A DNA stretch of 61,964 bases, filler included. It is 5 parts of 5 records of this genome, joined end to end, with 100 filler letters (N's around TTAATTAATTAA, not from the genome) between each part and the next. Parts side by side here need not be neighbours in the genome. Positions count along the whole stretch, not along the records: positions 25,868 to 36,118 come from DRR723986_4138; positions 36,219 to 47,126 come from DRR723986_4139; 3 more parts are not named here. One strand, given 5' to 3'. This document shows positions 29,700 through 39,719 of this stretch, piece after piece; position 1 is the stretch's first letter; each line of letters starts with the position of its first letter. Made by a program: the position numbers and the translations under genes. The notes under the pieces are model-generated. The model was not told the origin of the DNA. It was given only the letters and a program-made list of their open reading frames with translations, and did not search any database.

Positions 29700-29833
29700 T
29701 TGTGATCTTTGGTCACTAGCCGCAAGTGCTTGTTAGCAAAACGCAAGCAATTTGTCTTCAGCTCCGCTTTTTGCGGAGCTGATTTTGCATGGATGCTCAC
29801 TAGGAAATCCTCAATCCCCTTTGCCTGCATTCC

Positions 29834-30502
29834 ATGCGTGTTTCCCTTCAGAACGTTCGTCCGCAAGCCAAAACTGGTTTCACGCTTTTTGAGCTGATGC
29901 TAGTCCTGGGCATCATTGCGTTGATTGGAGCGATTCTAGTTCCGACGATTGATGATGTTCTCGAACGTCAGAAGCTTCGTAGTGCGGCGACTGCATTGCG
30001 TGTCCGCTGGGACGAAGCACGTTTGGAGGCGATGCGGACCGGACAGGCGCAGGTGTTTACTTGCACGCTTGAGTCGTCGAGTTACGCCGTGAAGCCGCTG
30101 TTGCTTGCATCCGATGCGGTCAACACCGCCGATGGTGCAGCGGTCATGTCGGGTGGTGGCATTGCCGAACGTGGTGATGCTGGAATGCTGACTGCTCCGG
30201 ACGCATCAGCGTCTGAACCAGAAGAGCTAGACGATGAAATTACGTTTCATGCCTGTCTAGTTGCTGGTGACGCGCGAGCCATGGCGACCGCTCAACAGGC
30301 TCAGCAGGATATGGCTGGCGTGAACGATTTGTCGGTCGCAACTGTCGCTCAGCAAGTCATCTTCTATCCTGACGGTTCGACCAGTACCGCCGAAGTGCAA
30401 GTCAAGAACAAGCGTGGTGACATCCGCGCGGTGCAAGTGCGTGGAATTACCGGACACACCCGGATTCTAGAAGTGCTGAACGTGCCATCGGAGTCTGAAT
30501 AG
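29834..30502 (+). CDS. Minor pseudopilin (GspH/FimT-like)
   Basis: G-FTLFELMLVL prepilin motif; IFYPDGSTS; position after gspG. Confidence 0.8.
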   Translation: MRVSLQNVRPQAKTGFTLFELMLVLGIIALIGAILVPTIDDVLERQKLRSAATALRVRWDEARLEAMRTGQAQVFTCTLESSSYAVKPLLLASDAVNTADGAAVMSGGGIAERGDAGMLTAPDASASEPEELDDEITFHACLVAGDARAMATAQQAQQDMAGVNDLSVATVAQQVIFYPDGSTSTAEVQVKNKRGDIRAVQVRGITGHTRILEVLNVPSESE

Positions 30503-31333
30503 ATGCTGGAATGCCACATGATGCCGAGGAACACTGTGATGCGTCGATCGTCCAGGATGGTAGGCGGCGAAGCGATGCCTTCTGCTAGGTCTTTCCGCCG
30601 TGGCGGCTTGTCGCTTTTGGAAGTGATTCTGGCGCTTTCCATCTTGGCGTTTTCTGCTGCATACCTTGCGCAAGCGATGGGACTGGCGACAGAGAACGCA
30701 CTCAAAGCACAGGATCTGACACGAGCCGAATTGGTTGCCGAGAGCGTCATGAATCAGGTGATTGCCGGTGTTCTGCCCTCCGATCCGGTAAGCTGGACGC
30801 CCTACGTGGCTGCGTCGGGTGATTCAGGGTGGCTGTACAGCATTCAAAACGTCCCTGCGGAAGTCGAAGGAATGCTCGGGTTTTCAATTGCTGTCAAACG
30901 CAACGATTTGGATGCGGCGAACCCGGCCGTTTACGACTTTTTCATGAATCGTTGGATCATCGATCCAGCGTTAGGACTAGATACTCCACCGGAGGAAGAG
31001 CTCGACGAAGAGGGGGCAACTTCGACGGCTCCGGCTACGGATTCGGGCTCCGGAGCAGCGGCTGGCTCTGCTGGCGGCGCTCAAGCTGGTAATGCGGCAG
31101 GGGCTGGTGGTCTGCCTGGTATCGGCGGCGCTGGTGGTGGTCCTGGTGGCGGTGGTCGTGCTGGCGGAGGCGGTGGAGGTCGTGCCGGCGGCGGCGGAGG
31201 TCGTGCCGGCGGCGGAGGTCGTGCTGGTGGTGGCCCTGGCGGAGGAGGAGGTGCTCGTCCTGGCGGTGGAGGCGGTGGTGCCCGTCCTGGCGGTGGAGGC
31301 GGCGGCGGTGGACCACGTGGTGGAGGCCGATAG
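30503..31333 (+). CDS. Minor pseudopilin (GspI-like) with Gly/Arg-rich tail
   Basis: G-LSLLEVILAL prepilin motif; low-complexity C-terminus; start uncertain. Confidence 0.78.
   Translation: MLECHMMPRNTVMRRSSRMVGGEAMPSARSFRRGGLSLLEVILALSILAFSAAYLAQAMGLATENALKAQDLTRAELVAESVMNQVIAGVLPSDPVSWTPYVAASGDSGWLYSIQNVPAEVEGMLGFSIAVKRNDLDAANPAVYDFFMNRWIIDPALGLDTPPEEELDEEGATSTAPATDSGSGAAAGSAGGAQAGNAAGAGGLPGIGGAGGGPGGGGRAGGGGGGRAGGGGGRAGGGGRAGGGPGGGGGARPGGGGGGARPGGGGGGGGPRGGGR
31124..31330 (+). repeat. Degenerate coding repeats (GGGGRA / GGGGARP) in the GspI-like tail
   Basis: Repeated GGCGGAGGTCGTGC and CGTCCTGGCGGTGGAGGCGG units. Confidence 0.85.
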
Positions 31334-31334
31334 C

Positions 31335-32381
31335 ATGATGAAGAAAAAACAATGCCTCGGAAACCGGGCGGCCTTCACACTGGTCGAGCTGATGCTCTCG
31401 CTCACCTTAGTGGTGGTTGCGACTGCAATACTGGGGTCGCTGATGCAGTTGTACTCGCGGAACTTCGCCACTAAAGGTGATGACATCCGACGTCAACAAC
31501 TAGCCAAAGCTGTCTTGCACATGATGGCTGAGGACATTCGCAGCGTTGTGCTCAAACAGGAGTATGACACGAGCGTGCTCGAGCAGCTTCTTGGTTCCGG
31601 TGGTTCAGGCGGAGCTCCTACTGGCGGCGCGGCACTGGGCGGCGATTCCGGCCTTGCAGGCGATGCCGCTTCAGGTGAGTTGGCTTCCAGCATCTCAGAT
31701 ACATCCAGCTACGGCAGCGAAGGCGACTTGGTTGAAGACGTCAGCAGCGAACGGGAGCTGGGTATTTACGGCGACCAATTTACGCTCATGGTTGATGTTT
31801 CACGCGTCCCTCGACCAGATCAATACATGGGCGAGATGGCTTCGCCAATGACGGGAGTCATCGCCGACATTCCCGGCGACTTGAAAACGGTGACTTATTT
31901 CATTCAGTCCGCCACCAGCCAAGGCGTCCAAGACAATATGTCGAACTTCACACGCAAAGATGCGTCGGAGACGTTCGCTTCCGGTCTGGTACGTCGAGCC
32001 CTTGATCGTCGCGTGCTTGCTTACGCAGAAGAAATCGGAGACGTCGACCGCCTTTCGCGAACCGGTGAGATCGTTGCACCGGAGGTTGTCGCGCTGGAGT
32101 TCTCCTACTTTGACGGCACCGAATGGCTCATCGAGTGGGACTCAACTCAACAGGGGCTACCGTGGTTGATCCGAATGAACATCGCAATTCAATCTGCCAG
32201 CGATGAAGAAAACGGCACCGTCGAACCAGGGATTTCACTTAGCACGCTTTCTCTTGCAGATCGCCAAGCATACGGGATCGAGATTTTTGAGTTGGTCGTC
32301 GCAATTCCTGGCGCTAATCTTCAGGCCGCCGATGCTGCGGCACAGGATCAGGCTGCCGGCATGAGTTCAGTAGGTCTATAG
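31335..32381 (+). CDS. Minor pseudopilin (GspJ-like)
   Basis: AA-FTLVELMLSL prepilin motif; LVRR...APEVVALEFSYFDGTEW..EWDS..LP GspJ-like C-terminus; start ATG 31335. Confidence 0.8.
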   Translation: MMKKKQCLGNRAAFTLVELMLSLTLVVVATAILGSLMQLYSRNFATKGDDIRRQQLAKAVLHMMAEDIRSVVLKQEYDTSVLEQLLGSGGSGGAPTGGAALGGDSGLAGDAASGELASSISDTSSYGSEGDLVEDVSSERELGIYGDQFTLMVDVSRVPRPDQYMGEMASPMTGVIADIPGDLKTVTYFIQSATSQGVQDNMSNFTRKDASETFASGLVRRALDRRVLAYAEEIGDVDRLSRTGEIVAPEVVALEFSYFDGTEWLIEWDSTQQGLPWLIRMNIAIQSASDEENGTVEPGISLSTLSLADRQAYGIEIFELVVAIPGANLQAADAAAQDQAAGMSSVGL

Positions 32382-32393
32382 GAGGCAGGGCTC

Positions 32394-34229
32394 ATGAAGA
32401 AACGCACAGCGAAATACGACCAGGGCAAACGCGTTGGCAAGCAGAACCGCGGCTTTATTCTGCTGCTGGTGCTTGTGGTTGTGACCATGGCAACGCTGGC
32501 CGCTCTCACATTCTCCAAGAGCATGTTGCTCTCACACGAGACCAGCCAGATATCAGGTTCACGATTGAAGGCTCGCATGGCCGCGGAGAGTGGGCTCCAG
32601 TCGGTGCGAGTCTTTGCTGCTCAGCCGCTCGCAGTCCGGCTTGAGCTAGGTGGAGCATGGGAGAACGACATGTTCTATGCTCGCAATGTGATCCCCGGTG
32701 CAACCCCCGACGAACGATGCAATTACACCGTCATGGCACCCGCGTTGGACACCTTTGGTTCTTACTCGGGCGTCCGTTTCGGACTGCAAAACGAGTCCGC
32801 CAAACTGAATTTGAACGCTTTGGCCCAACTTGATGCATTGGCAAGCTCTGGTGAACTCGGGGCCTCTGATGCTGGCGGTGGCGATCCAACAACAGCGCTA
32901 CTGGCCAGCGCTGCAGCTTCGACAGGTGTTTCATCGACAATTGCCGCTGACATGCTGCTGGCACTTCCAGGGATGACCGAGGAAATTGCCGACGCGATTC
33001 TTGACTGGTTAGACGAGGATGATGAACCACGCCCTTACGGAGCTGAGTTCGATGATTACTACTCGTCGCTCCCGAGTCCATATAAGCCTGCCAATGGGCC
33101 GATCAACAGTGTTGAGCAACTGCTGCTGGTTCGTGGCGTTACTCCGCAGATGCTGTACGGCTTCGACAGTGACCGCAACGGAGTCATTGATCAGGCGGAA
33201 TCGGCACAGATGGCTCTTGGTGTTCCTCCGGGTACGCAACCCGGCATGACGGCAGTAGTCGACCCGACTGTTGGGCAGCCGCCACCGTTGGGTTGGGCCG
33301 CTTACATGACGCTGCATAGCTTGGAGAAAAACTGGACACGCGAAGGCTTGCCGCGCGTGAACATCAATGGCGACGACCTTCAAGTGCTCTACGATGAACT
33401 CCTTGAGGTGCTGGGCGATGACACCATGGCCAGCTTCATTGTTGCCTATCGACAGTTCGGTGCACCCGGGGGCGGAGGGACGAGCCCGCTGGTCACGTTG
33501 GCATCAATGGCTGCTGCAGAATCTGAGGACGATTCGATTGCGAGCACGCTCGGCGGACTCAACAACACCATTCCCGGTGCAGCGGGTGGAGGAGCACAGC
33601 AAGCACAACCTTGGACGGCCGATATGATGGGTGCTGTCGATATGACCAAGGGCGGCTCGGTCCAGTTCAATCAAGTGCTTGATCTCTTCGGCGCCACGGT
33701 AACGATCCAGCAGGGCAACTCGCAAGTTGTCTATAGCTCACCCTTTGAAGAGTTGCCCGCGAGTCTTGCACTGGCAACTCCATTGCTGATGGAAAACTTG
33801 ACGACCGTCGACGCAGATGCAATTCCTGGTCGAATTAATATCATGGAGTGCCCGATTGAGGTCTTGAGCGGTATCCCAGGTCTGTCTGATGAGATCGTTC
33901 AGCAAATCTTGGAAGCCAGAGCGGATGGTTCCGAGAGTGAAACTAGAAATTATGAGACATGGTTGGCCGTTGAAGGCATCGTGACCATGGAAGAAATGCG
34001 AGCCATCTTGCCACTGGTGACCTGCGGCGGAGACGTCTTCAAAGCGCAGATTATCGGCTACATGGAAGGCAGCAATGCATCCAGCAGGGTGGAGGCGATT
34101 GTCAGCGGAGCCGGCGATGTGCCCGAAGTGCTGTTCTTCCGGCGGCTCGACCACCATGGGCGAGGCGCTGACATCACCACACTTGGCCAGCGCTTCGATG
34201 CCACGATGGCTGGTGGCCTGATTCAATAA
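32394..34229 (+). CDS. gspK: Minor pseudopilin GspK
   Basis: RGFILLLVL lacking Glu+5; ESAKLNLN, DAILDWLDEDD, EQLLLVRGVT, GRINI motifs. Confidence 0.88.
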   Translation: MKKRTAKYDQGKRVGKQNRGFILLLVLVVVTMATLAALTFSKSMLLSHETSQISGSRLKARMAAESGLQSVRVFAAQPLAVRLELGGAWENDMFYARNVIPGATPDERCNYTVMAPALDTFGSYSGVRFGLQNESAKLNLNALAQLDALASSGELGASDAGGGDPTTALLASAAASTGVSSTIAADMLLALPGMTEEIADAILDWLDEDDEPRPYGAEFDDYYSSLPSPYKPANGPINSVEQLLLVRGVTPQMLYGFDSDRNGVIDQAESAQMALGVPPGTQPGMTAVVDPTVGQPPPLGWAAYMTLHSLEKNWTREGLPRVNINGDDLQVLYDELLEVLGDDTMASFIVAYRQFGAPGGGGTSPLVTLASMAAAESEDDSIASTLGGLNNTIPGAAGGGAQQAQPWTADMMGAVDMTKGGSVQFNQVLDLFGATVTIQQGNSQVVYSSPFEELPASLALATPLLMENLTTVDADAIPGRINIMECPIEVLSGIPGLSDEIVQQILEARADGSESETRNYETWLAVEGIVTMEEMRAILPLVTCGGDVFKAQIIGYMEGSNASSRVEAIVSGAGDVPEVLFFRRLDHHGRGADITTLGQRFDATMAGGLIQ

Positions 34230-34405
34230 GCCATCCATCCATCCATACCACTTCCTTCAAACCGAACACGTCAGCCAACATTCCTTTCGAATCTGACGAC
34301 CCACCGAGTAAAATAGAGTAGTCGGTACAGCGAACGGCACTTTCGCCGCGATGGCAATTGTGCTTGCAGCCGCTGTGACTTACTGAAACGACAGGACGAT
34401 ACATC

Positions 34406-36118
34406 GTGGCAAAACAAACCGTAATCGACTGGGGACGTGAGAGCGTTGTGGCTGCAGTTTGCAGCCAACGGGGCTCCAATTTTTCCATCGAAAAGATCAG
34501 CTACCAGAAGTATGGTGGGGAGGGAGAGCACCCTTCAAGCGCGGCGGCTCTGAAGGCGGCCATCGATGAAGTGGGTGCGAAGGGCCCGGCCATCGTTCTG
34601 GCTTCCCGCGAGCTGGTTGAGGTGCGGACGATCTCAATTCCGCAAATGGACCCAGCCGAGCTTCCGGACGTAATCCGGTTCCAGGCCCAGCGTCAGTTTG
34701 CGAACATGGGCGATTCTTGGCCCATCGACTTCGTGCTCCTGCCCGCTCACTCTGCCGGTGAGATGGTCACAGCCCTGGTTGGCGTGATCTCACTTCAGGA
34801 AATGCAGTCCATTGAAAAGGCCTGCGAAAGTGCCAGTATCCAACCTTCCCACGTCGGAATGCGTCCGCTGGAGATCGCTCGGTACGGTACGGCATCCGGG
34901 CAACTGCCTCAGTCTGGTTCGTCGCTCTTGATCAGTGTTTCTGAGCAAGTCGCCGATTTGATGCTGCTCAACGAGGGCCGCGTCGTTCAGATTCGCGGCA
35001 TGAAGCTACCCACGGATGCGGCACAGACGCCTGCGGTTGTAAAGGGCGAGCTACGGCGAAGTCTCATGGCGGCATCGAAGCACTTGCCAACCGGCAAGTT
35101 CGATTCGGTCATGCTCCTGGCCGACACCGAACACGCTGCGTTACTTGAGCCCATCGTTGCCGATGCTACCGGTGCAAGTGTTGCAACCACAGATCCAACC
35201 AACCTTCTCGCTTCCGGGCTGACCATCGACGACTTGCCGGCCAGCGGTCCTCGCCTGGCCGCCGTTGCTGGGGCGGTAGCGCTGCCTTCGGCCGACAAGG
35301 CGACGGTTCTCGACTTCAAGAACCCAAAGAAACGACCTCCCAAGAAGAGCAATCGCAATACCTTCATTTTGGCTGGAGCAGCGGTCGCACTGTTGGCCCT
35401 CGGTGGTATCAGTTGGTGGTACTGGACGAATGCCGATCTCGACGATCAACTGACCGCATTGCTGGCCGACAAAGAGAACAAGGAACAGCAACAAGAGTCC
35501 GCTGAGAAACGATCTGAAGAGTTCGCGGAAGTTGAGCAATTTCTGGCTCAGTCGCCCAACTGGCTCGATGAACTGACCTACATCTCATCGAAGATTCCAC
35601 CGGCCGACAAAGTGCAGATTGCGGGCGTCCAGTTCTTGACGGGCGTGCGTGGGCAGGCCCAAGTGCAGATCAATTCCGTCGTCGCGGATTCGGCCGAATC
35701 GCTCGACGCGTTCGAGGAAAGCCTACGCGATGACAATCACGATGTGAGCAGTAAGAATCGCCAGCAACTCCGCGAATCGATTGGGAAATACGAATGGGCC
35801 GCCTCGCCCACAATCGTTGAACTGCTTGATCGCGGCTGGAACATGGATGGCAAGATCGAAGAACTAATGCGGCTGCAGCGAGAAAACTCGTCATCGAAGA
35901 AGGACGCGCAAGAACCAAAACAGGACGCCGCCGAAGAGGATGGCGATTCAGGCCAAGAGGAGAGTGCGGAGCAAGCCAGTTCACCTGAGCAGGCTGACAG
36001 CAAGCCAATGGCCGACGATGATGCGTCGAGCGAAGATCAGCCAGAGAGCTCAGCAGACGGTCCAGCAAGCAGCGATTCAGAAGGCAGCGGCGATGAGTCC
36101 GATGGCGATGAGTCCGGT
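34406..36118 (+). CDS. PilM/GspL-like actin-fold assembly protein with TM and PilN-like region (3' truncated)
   Basis: IDWG start, ELPDVIRFQA, single TM after KKRPPKK, coiled coil, acidic low-complexity tail; follows gspK. Confidence 0.7.
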
Positions 36119-36218
36119 NNNNNNNNNNNNNNNNNNNNNNNNNNNNNNNNNNNNNNNNNNNNTTAATTAATTAANNNNNNNNNNNNNNNNNNNNNNNNNN
36201 NNNNNNNNNNNNNNNNNN
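36119..36218. other. Artificial contig spacer
   Basis: N-run flanking TTAATTAATTAA. Confidence 0.99.
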
Positions 36219-36787
36219 TAGCCCCAGGCCACCGCATCATGGCGCGCGGTGCCGCCGCGCGGCTGCCACAGCGCCCCCAACACCGGGTAGCGCGGCCCGT
36301 GAATATTGATGATGGGCACCAGTTTTTTCACCTCGGCCGGGTCGATAAACCGGGTGGCCACACCCTGCAGCGCATTGGCATGGGCGGTGCGCAAATAGCC
36401 GCGCACCTCGTGTTCGGTCTGGGCCAGCATCATCACGCCGCGGGGGCTGAACATGACGTTATAGTTCAGATCCTGGCTCATGGTTTCATACAGGCTGCGC
36501 GATTTTTCATAGAGCGCGGCTGACGGATCTTGTAGGTAGTTCGAGCGGATGATCGTGGTGTTGCGGCCCGTGTTGCCGCCGCCCAACCAGCCTTTTTCAA
36601 TGATGGCAACATTGGTGATGCCAAAATTTTTGCCCAGATAAAATGCCGTGGCCAGCCCGTGCCCACCGGCGCCCACGATGATCACGTCGTATTTCTTTTT
36701 CGGCTCGGGGCTGGCCCAAGCCCGCTGCCAGCCGGTGTGATAGCGCGCCGCCTCGCGGGCAACTGCAAAAACGGAATAGCGTTTCAT
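36219..36787 (-). CDS. soxB: Sarcosine oxidase subunit beta (5' part, truncated)
   Basis: [41 protein letters not shown]; start ATG 36787. Confidence 0.93.
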
Positions 36788-36976
36788 GCGCAAAATATCC
36801 CCAAACTTCGAATCCATGGCCCAAGCCTTTGATGCTATGTGCCCATTTCCCTCTTGCCACCCCCGTTTGAACGCGCCGCTATAGTGTGATGTTGCGACAT
36901 GGGCGCCGCCTGCGGCACATTACCCCTTTTTCCAAACCCCTCAGATAGCTATGTCTGGCCCAACAAAGGAGATCAC

Positions 36977-38230
36977 ATGACGTTCTGGATCATCATTTCC
37001 GCCTTGGCATTGCTGGTTGGGGCATTGTTGGCGCAAGCCATGTTGCGTGGGCGTCTGAATGACGAACACCCAGCCGCCTTTGATCTGCGCGTCTATCGCG
37101 ACCAGTTGAAAGAGGTCGATCGCGATGCCGCGCGCGGTGTGATCGGGCCAGAAGATGCCGAGCGGATCCGCACCGAGGTGTCGCGCCGCATTCTGGCGGC
37201 TGATGCGCAATTGCAGGCCGCCATGGCTGCGGGGCCCCAAGGTGCGCAGGCCAACAAGCCGCGGCTGGTGCCTTTGGTGATGGCGGCGGTGGTGGTTGCG
37301 GGGGGCGTGGCGCTTTATGCGCAATTGGGCGCGCCGGGCTATGGTGATCTGGGCCTTCAGGCGCGTATCGCCCAAGCCGAAGAGTTTCGCGCCACCCGCC
37401 CCGCCCAGGCCGCAGCCGAGGCCGAGGCCCTGCCAGCCATGCCCAATTTGAATATCAGCGCCGAATACAAAGCCTTGGTTGAAAAGCTGCGCGTGGCCGT
37501 GGCCGCCCGCCCTGATGATTTGCAGGGCCAAATGCTGCTGGCCCGCAACGAGGCGGCGATGGGCAATTTCAAAGCAGCCTACCGCGCGCAAGAGCAGGTG
37601 CTAACCATCAAAGGCGATGCCGCCACGGGCCAGGATTACCTGGATTACGCCGATATGATGATTTTGGCGGCTGGTGGCTATGTCTCGCCCGAGGCCGAGC
37701 GCGTGTTGCGCGCAGCCCTTGCGCGCGACCCCGAAAATGGCGGTGCGCAATATTACATGGGCCTGATGGCCGCCCAAACCGGCCGCCCCGATCAGGCGTT
37801 TCGGCTGTGGAACGCGCTGCTTCGCAAAGGCCCAGCCGATGCGCCCTGGATCGGCCCCATTCGCGAACAGATCGAAGATATGGCCGTGCGGGCGGGCGAA
37901 ACCCGCTTTGCCCTGCCCCCGCTCGAAACCGCCCCGCAACAGGCGCCCCTGGCGGGCCCCACGGCGGAAGACATGCAAAACGCCGCGCAAATGTCGCAAG
38001 ATGACCGCCAAGAGATGATCCGCGGCATGGTGGATCGGCTGGCCGAACGTTTGGGCACCGAGGGCGGCACCCCCGCCGAATGGGCGCGGCTGATTGGCGC
38101 CTTGGGTGTGCTGGGCGATACCCAGCGTGCGGCCGCCATTTGGGCCGAGGCGCAGACCGTCTTTGCAGATGTGCCCGGTGTGCTAGACCAGCTGCGCGCC
38201 GCCGCGGCGCAAGCCGGTGTTGCCGAATGA
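36977..38230 (+). CDS. ccmI: c-type cytochrome biogenesis protein CcmI/CycH
   Basis: N-terminal TM, VYRDQLKEVDRD..RG, LYAQLGAP, TPR-like repeats, MIRGMV; AAGGAG RBS. Confidence 0.9.
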   Translation: MTFWIIISALALLVGALLAQAMLRGRLNDEHPAAFDLRVYRDQLKEVDRDAARGVIGPEDAERIRTEVSRRILAADAQLQAAMAAGPQGAQANKPRLVPLVMAAVVVAGGVALYAQLGAPGYGDLGLQARIAQAEEFRATRPAQAAAEAEALPAMPNLNISAEYKALVEKLRVAVAARPDDLQGQMLLARNEAAMGNFKAAYRAQEQVLTIKGDAATGQDYLDYADMMILAAGGYVSPEAERVLRAALARDPENGGAQYYMGLMAAQTGRPDQAFRLWNALLRKGPADAPWIGPIREQIEDMAVRAGETRFALPPLETAPQQAPLAGPTAEDMQNAAQMSQDDRQEMIRGMVDRLAERLGTEGGTPAEWARLIGALGVLGDTQRAAAIWAEAQTVFADVPGVLDQLRAAAAQAGVAE

Positions 38231-38703
38231 TCTTTGACGATATCGCCGATTTTCGCACAGCCCTGCCGCCCATGCAGGCCATCGCGGGGCTGGATTTGGG
38301 GGAAAAAACCATCGGCGTTGCGGTGTCTGATACGTTTTTATCGGTCGCCACGCCCTTGGAAACGGTGCGGCGCAAGAAATTCACGCTGGATGCGGAACGG
38401 TTGCTGGAAATCATCGCCGCGCGTCGGTTGGGCGGGCTGGTGTTGGGCTTGCCCCGCAACATGGATGGCAGCGAGGGGCCGCGCTGCCAGTCAACCCGCG
38501 CCTTTGCTAGAAACCTGTCGCGCCTTAGCGATGTGCCGATCGGCTTTTGGGACGAGCGGCTTTCGACCGTGGCTGCGGAAAAAGCGCTGCTCGAGGCGGA
38601 TACGACACGAAAACGTCGCGCCGAGGTGATCGACCACGTTGCCGCCTCGTATATTTTGCAAGGTGTGCTAGATCGTTTGGGGCATTTGGGGGCAGGCAGA
38701 TGA
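38227..38703 (+). CDS. ruvX: YqgF/RuvX pre-16S rRNA nuclease
   Basis: GLDLGEKTIGVAVSD, GLPRNMDG, WDERLST, IDHVAASYILQ. Confidence 0.93.
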   Translation: MIFDDIADFRTALPPMQAIAGLDLGEKTIGVAVSDTFLSVATPLETVRRKKFTLDAERLLEIIAARRLGGLVLGLPRNMDGSEGPRCQSTRAFARNLSRLSDVPIGFWDERLSTVAAEKALLEADTTRKRRAEVIDHVAASYILQGVLDRLGHLGAGR

Positions 38704-38936
38704 GCGATACAAACAGCCTTTGGGCGCGCAACGAAGTGGCCAGCCCTTGCGTGAAAATCTGCGTGGTCCACCCCCAAGAGCGCATTTGCGTGGGCTGCTT
38801 TCGCACCATCGACGAGATCGCGCGCTGGTCGCGCATGGGCCAGGACGAGCGCCAAGATGTGGTGGATGCCCTGCCAAACCGCCAAAGCAGCCTGCAAAAG
38901 CGCCGCGGCGGCCGCGCGGCGCGCACAAGCGCCTGA
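38700..38936 (+). CDS. DUF1289 family small Cys-rich protein
   Basis: SPCVKIC...CVGCFRTIDEIARW motif. Confidence 0.88.
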   Translation: MSDTNSLWARNEVASPCVKICVVHPQERICVGCFRTIDEIARWSRMGQDERQDVVDALPNRQSSLQKRRGGRAARTSA

Positions 38937-39719
38937 TCACACGCCCAGCCAGGCCGCGTGCTGTGCCAATTGCGGCCTGAAATAGGCCATGGCCCGGCAT
39001 GAGCCAATACCGGGTAAATCAGAACTGGGTAAATCCGCATCCTCTGGTGCCTGCTTGGCATCGCCCCATGGGGCAATACCATGCAGGCAATGGCGGTGCA
39101 GCAGCACCGCGCCACCGGCCGGCAGATGAACCGGGCGCGGGGGGATCGTGTCGAAAACCTGGCGGCGCGCGGCGCCATAGGCCTCGGTGATATCTACCTC
39201 GCTGGGGGTGGCGCCACGCATAGCTGCGCGAAAGGCCGCGCCCATTACCAGGTGGCTGCCCGGCCACACCATCAGCGGCGCGTTCTGGCTGTGATCCAGC
39301 GCAATGCCCAAAATAAACCCATGCGGTTCGCGCAAAAAGCGCCGCTTTTGTGGGCCTTCGGGCAGCAACCCGTCGATATGTGCGCCAAACCTGAGCGTGC
39401 GAAACCGATGCGCCGCCTCGCTTTCGTTGGCGTCTTGTTGGGGATAGCCCGGAAATACCACCGACAGCTGTGCCCGGTGCCAATGCGCAGGCGCCGCGAT
39501 ATGGGCCTGCCATGGCCCCGCCAGCGCCACACCATCCAGGCTGCCATCGGGCGCGTTTGGCAGCGCATCTACCCCCACAAACCATGTGCTGCCATGGCGA
39601 AATGCCGCGTGTGGTGCATCGCGCAGGATCACAGCCGCGCGCGTATAAGCCGCCTGCGCCCAGGCGCGCGATTGCTGTGTGGGCGCAAAGGCGCAAAACC
39701 CCTGCGCCGCTAGCCCCAT
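38937..39719 (-). CDS. Hypothetical protein, possible 2OG-Fe(II)/PhyH-like dioxygenase fold
   Basis: AHIDG (HxD), LMVWPGSH, distal LHG and late Arg; overlaps the tauE-like stop. Confidence 0.6.
   Translation of the reverse strand: MGLAAQGFCAFAPTQQSRAWAQAAYTRAAVILRDAPHAAFRHGSTWFVGVDALPNAPDGSLDGVALAGPWQAHIAAPAHWHRAQLSVVFPGYPQQDANESEAAHRFRTLRFGAHIDGLLPEGPQKRRFLREPHGFILGIALDHSQNAPLMVWPGSHLVMGAAFRAAMRGATPSEVDITEAYGAARRQVFDTIPPRPVHLPAGGAVLLHRHCLHGIAPWGDAKQAPEDADLPSSDLPGIGSCRAMAYFRPQLAQHAAWLGV

Noticed and set aside
31092-31334. Val/Ala/Glu-rich N-terminal extension of the GspJ-like ORF
   Set aside because: Alternative-frame reading of the Gly-repeat tail of the upstream gene; the prepilin leader starts at ATG 31335.
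34231-34246. (CCAT)4 microsatellite after gspK as a phase-variation tract
   Set aside because: Only four units, intergenic, no evidence of function.
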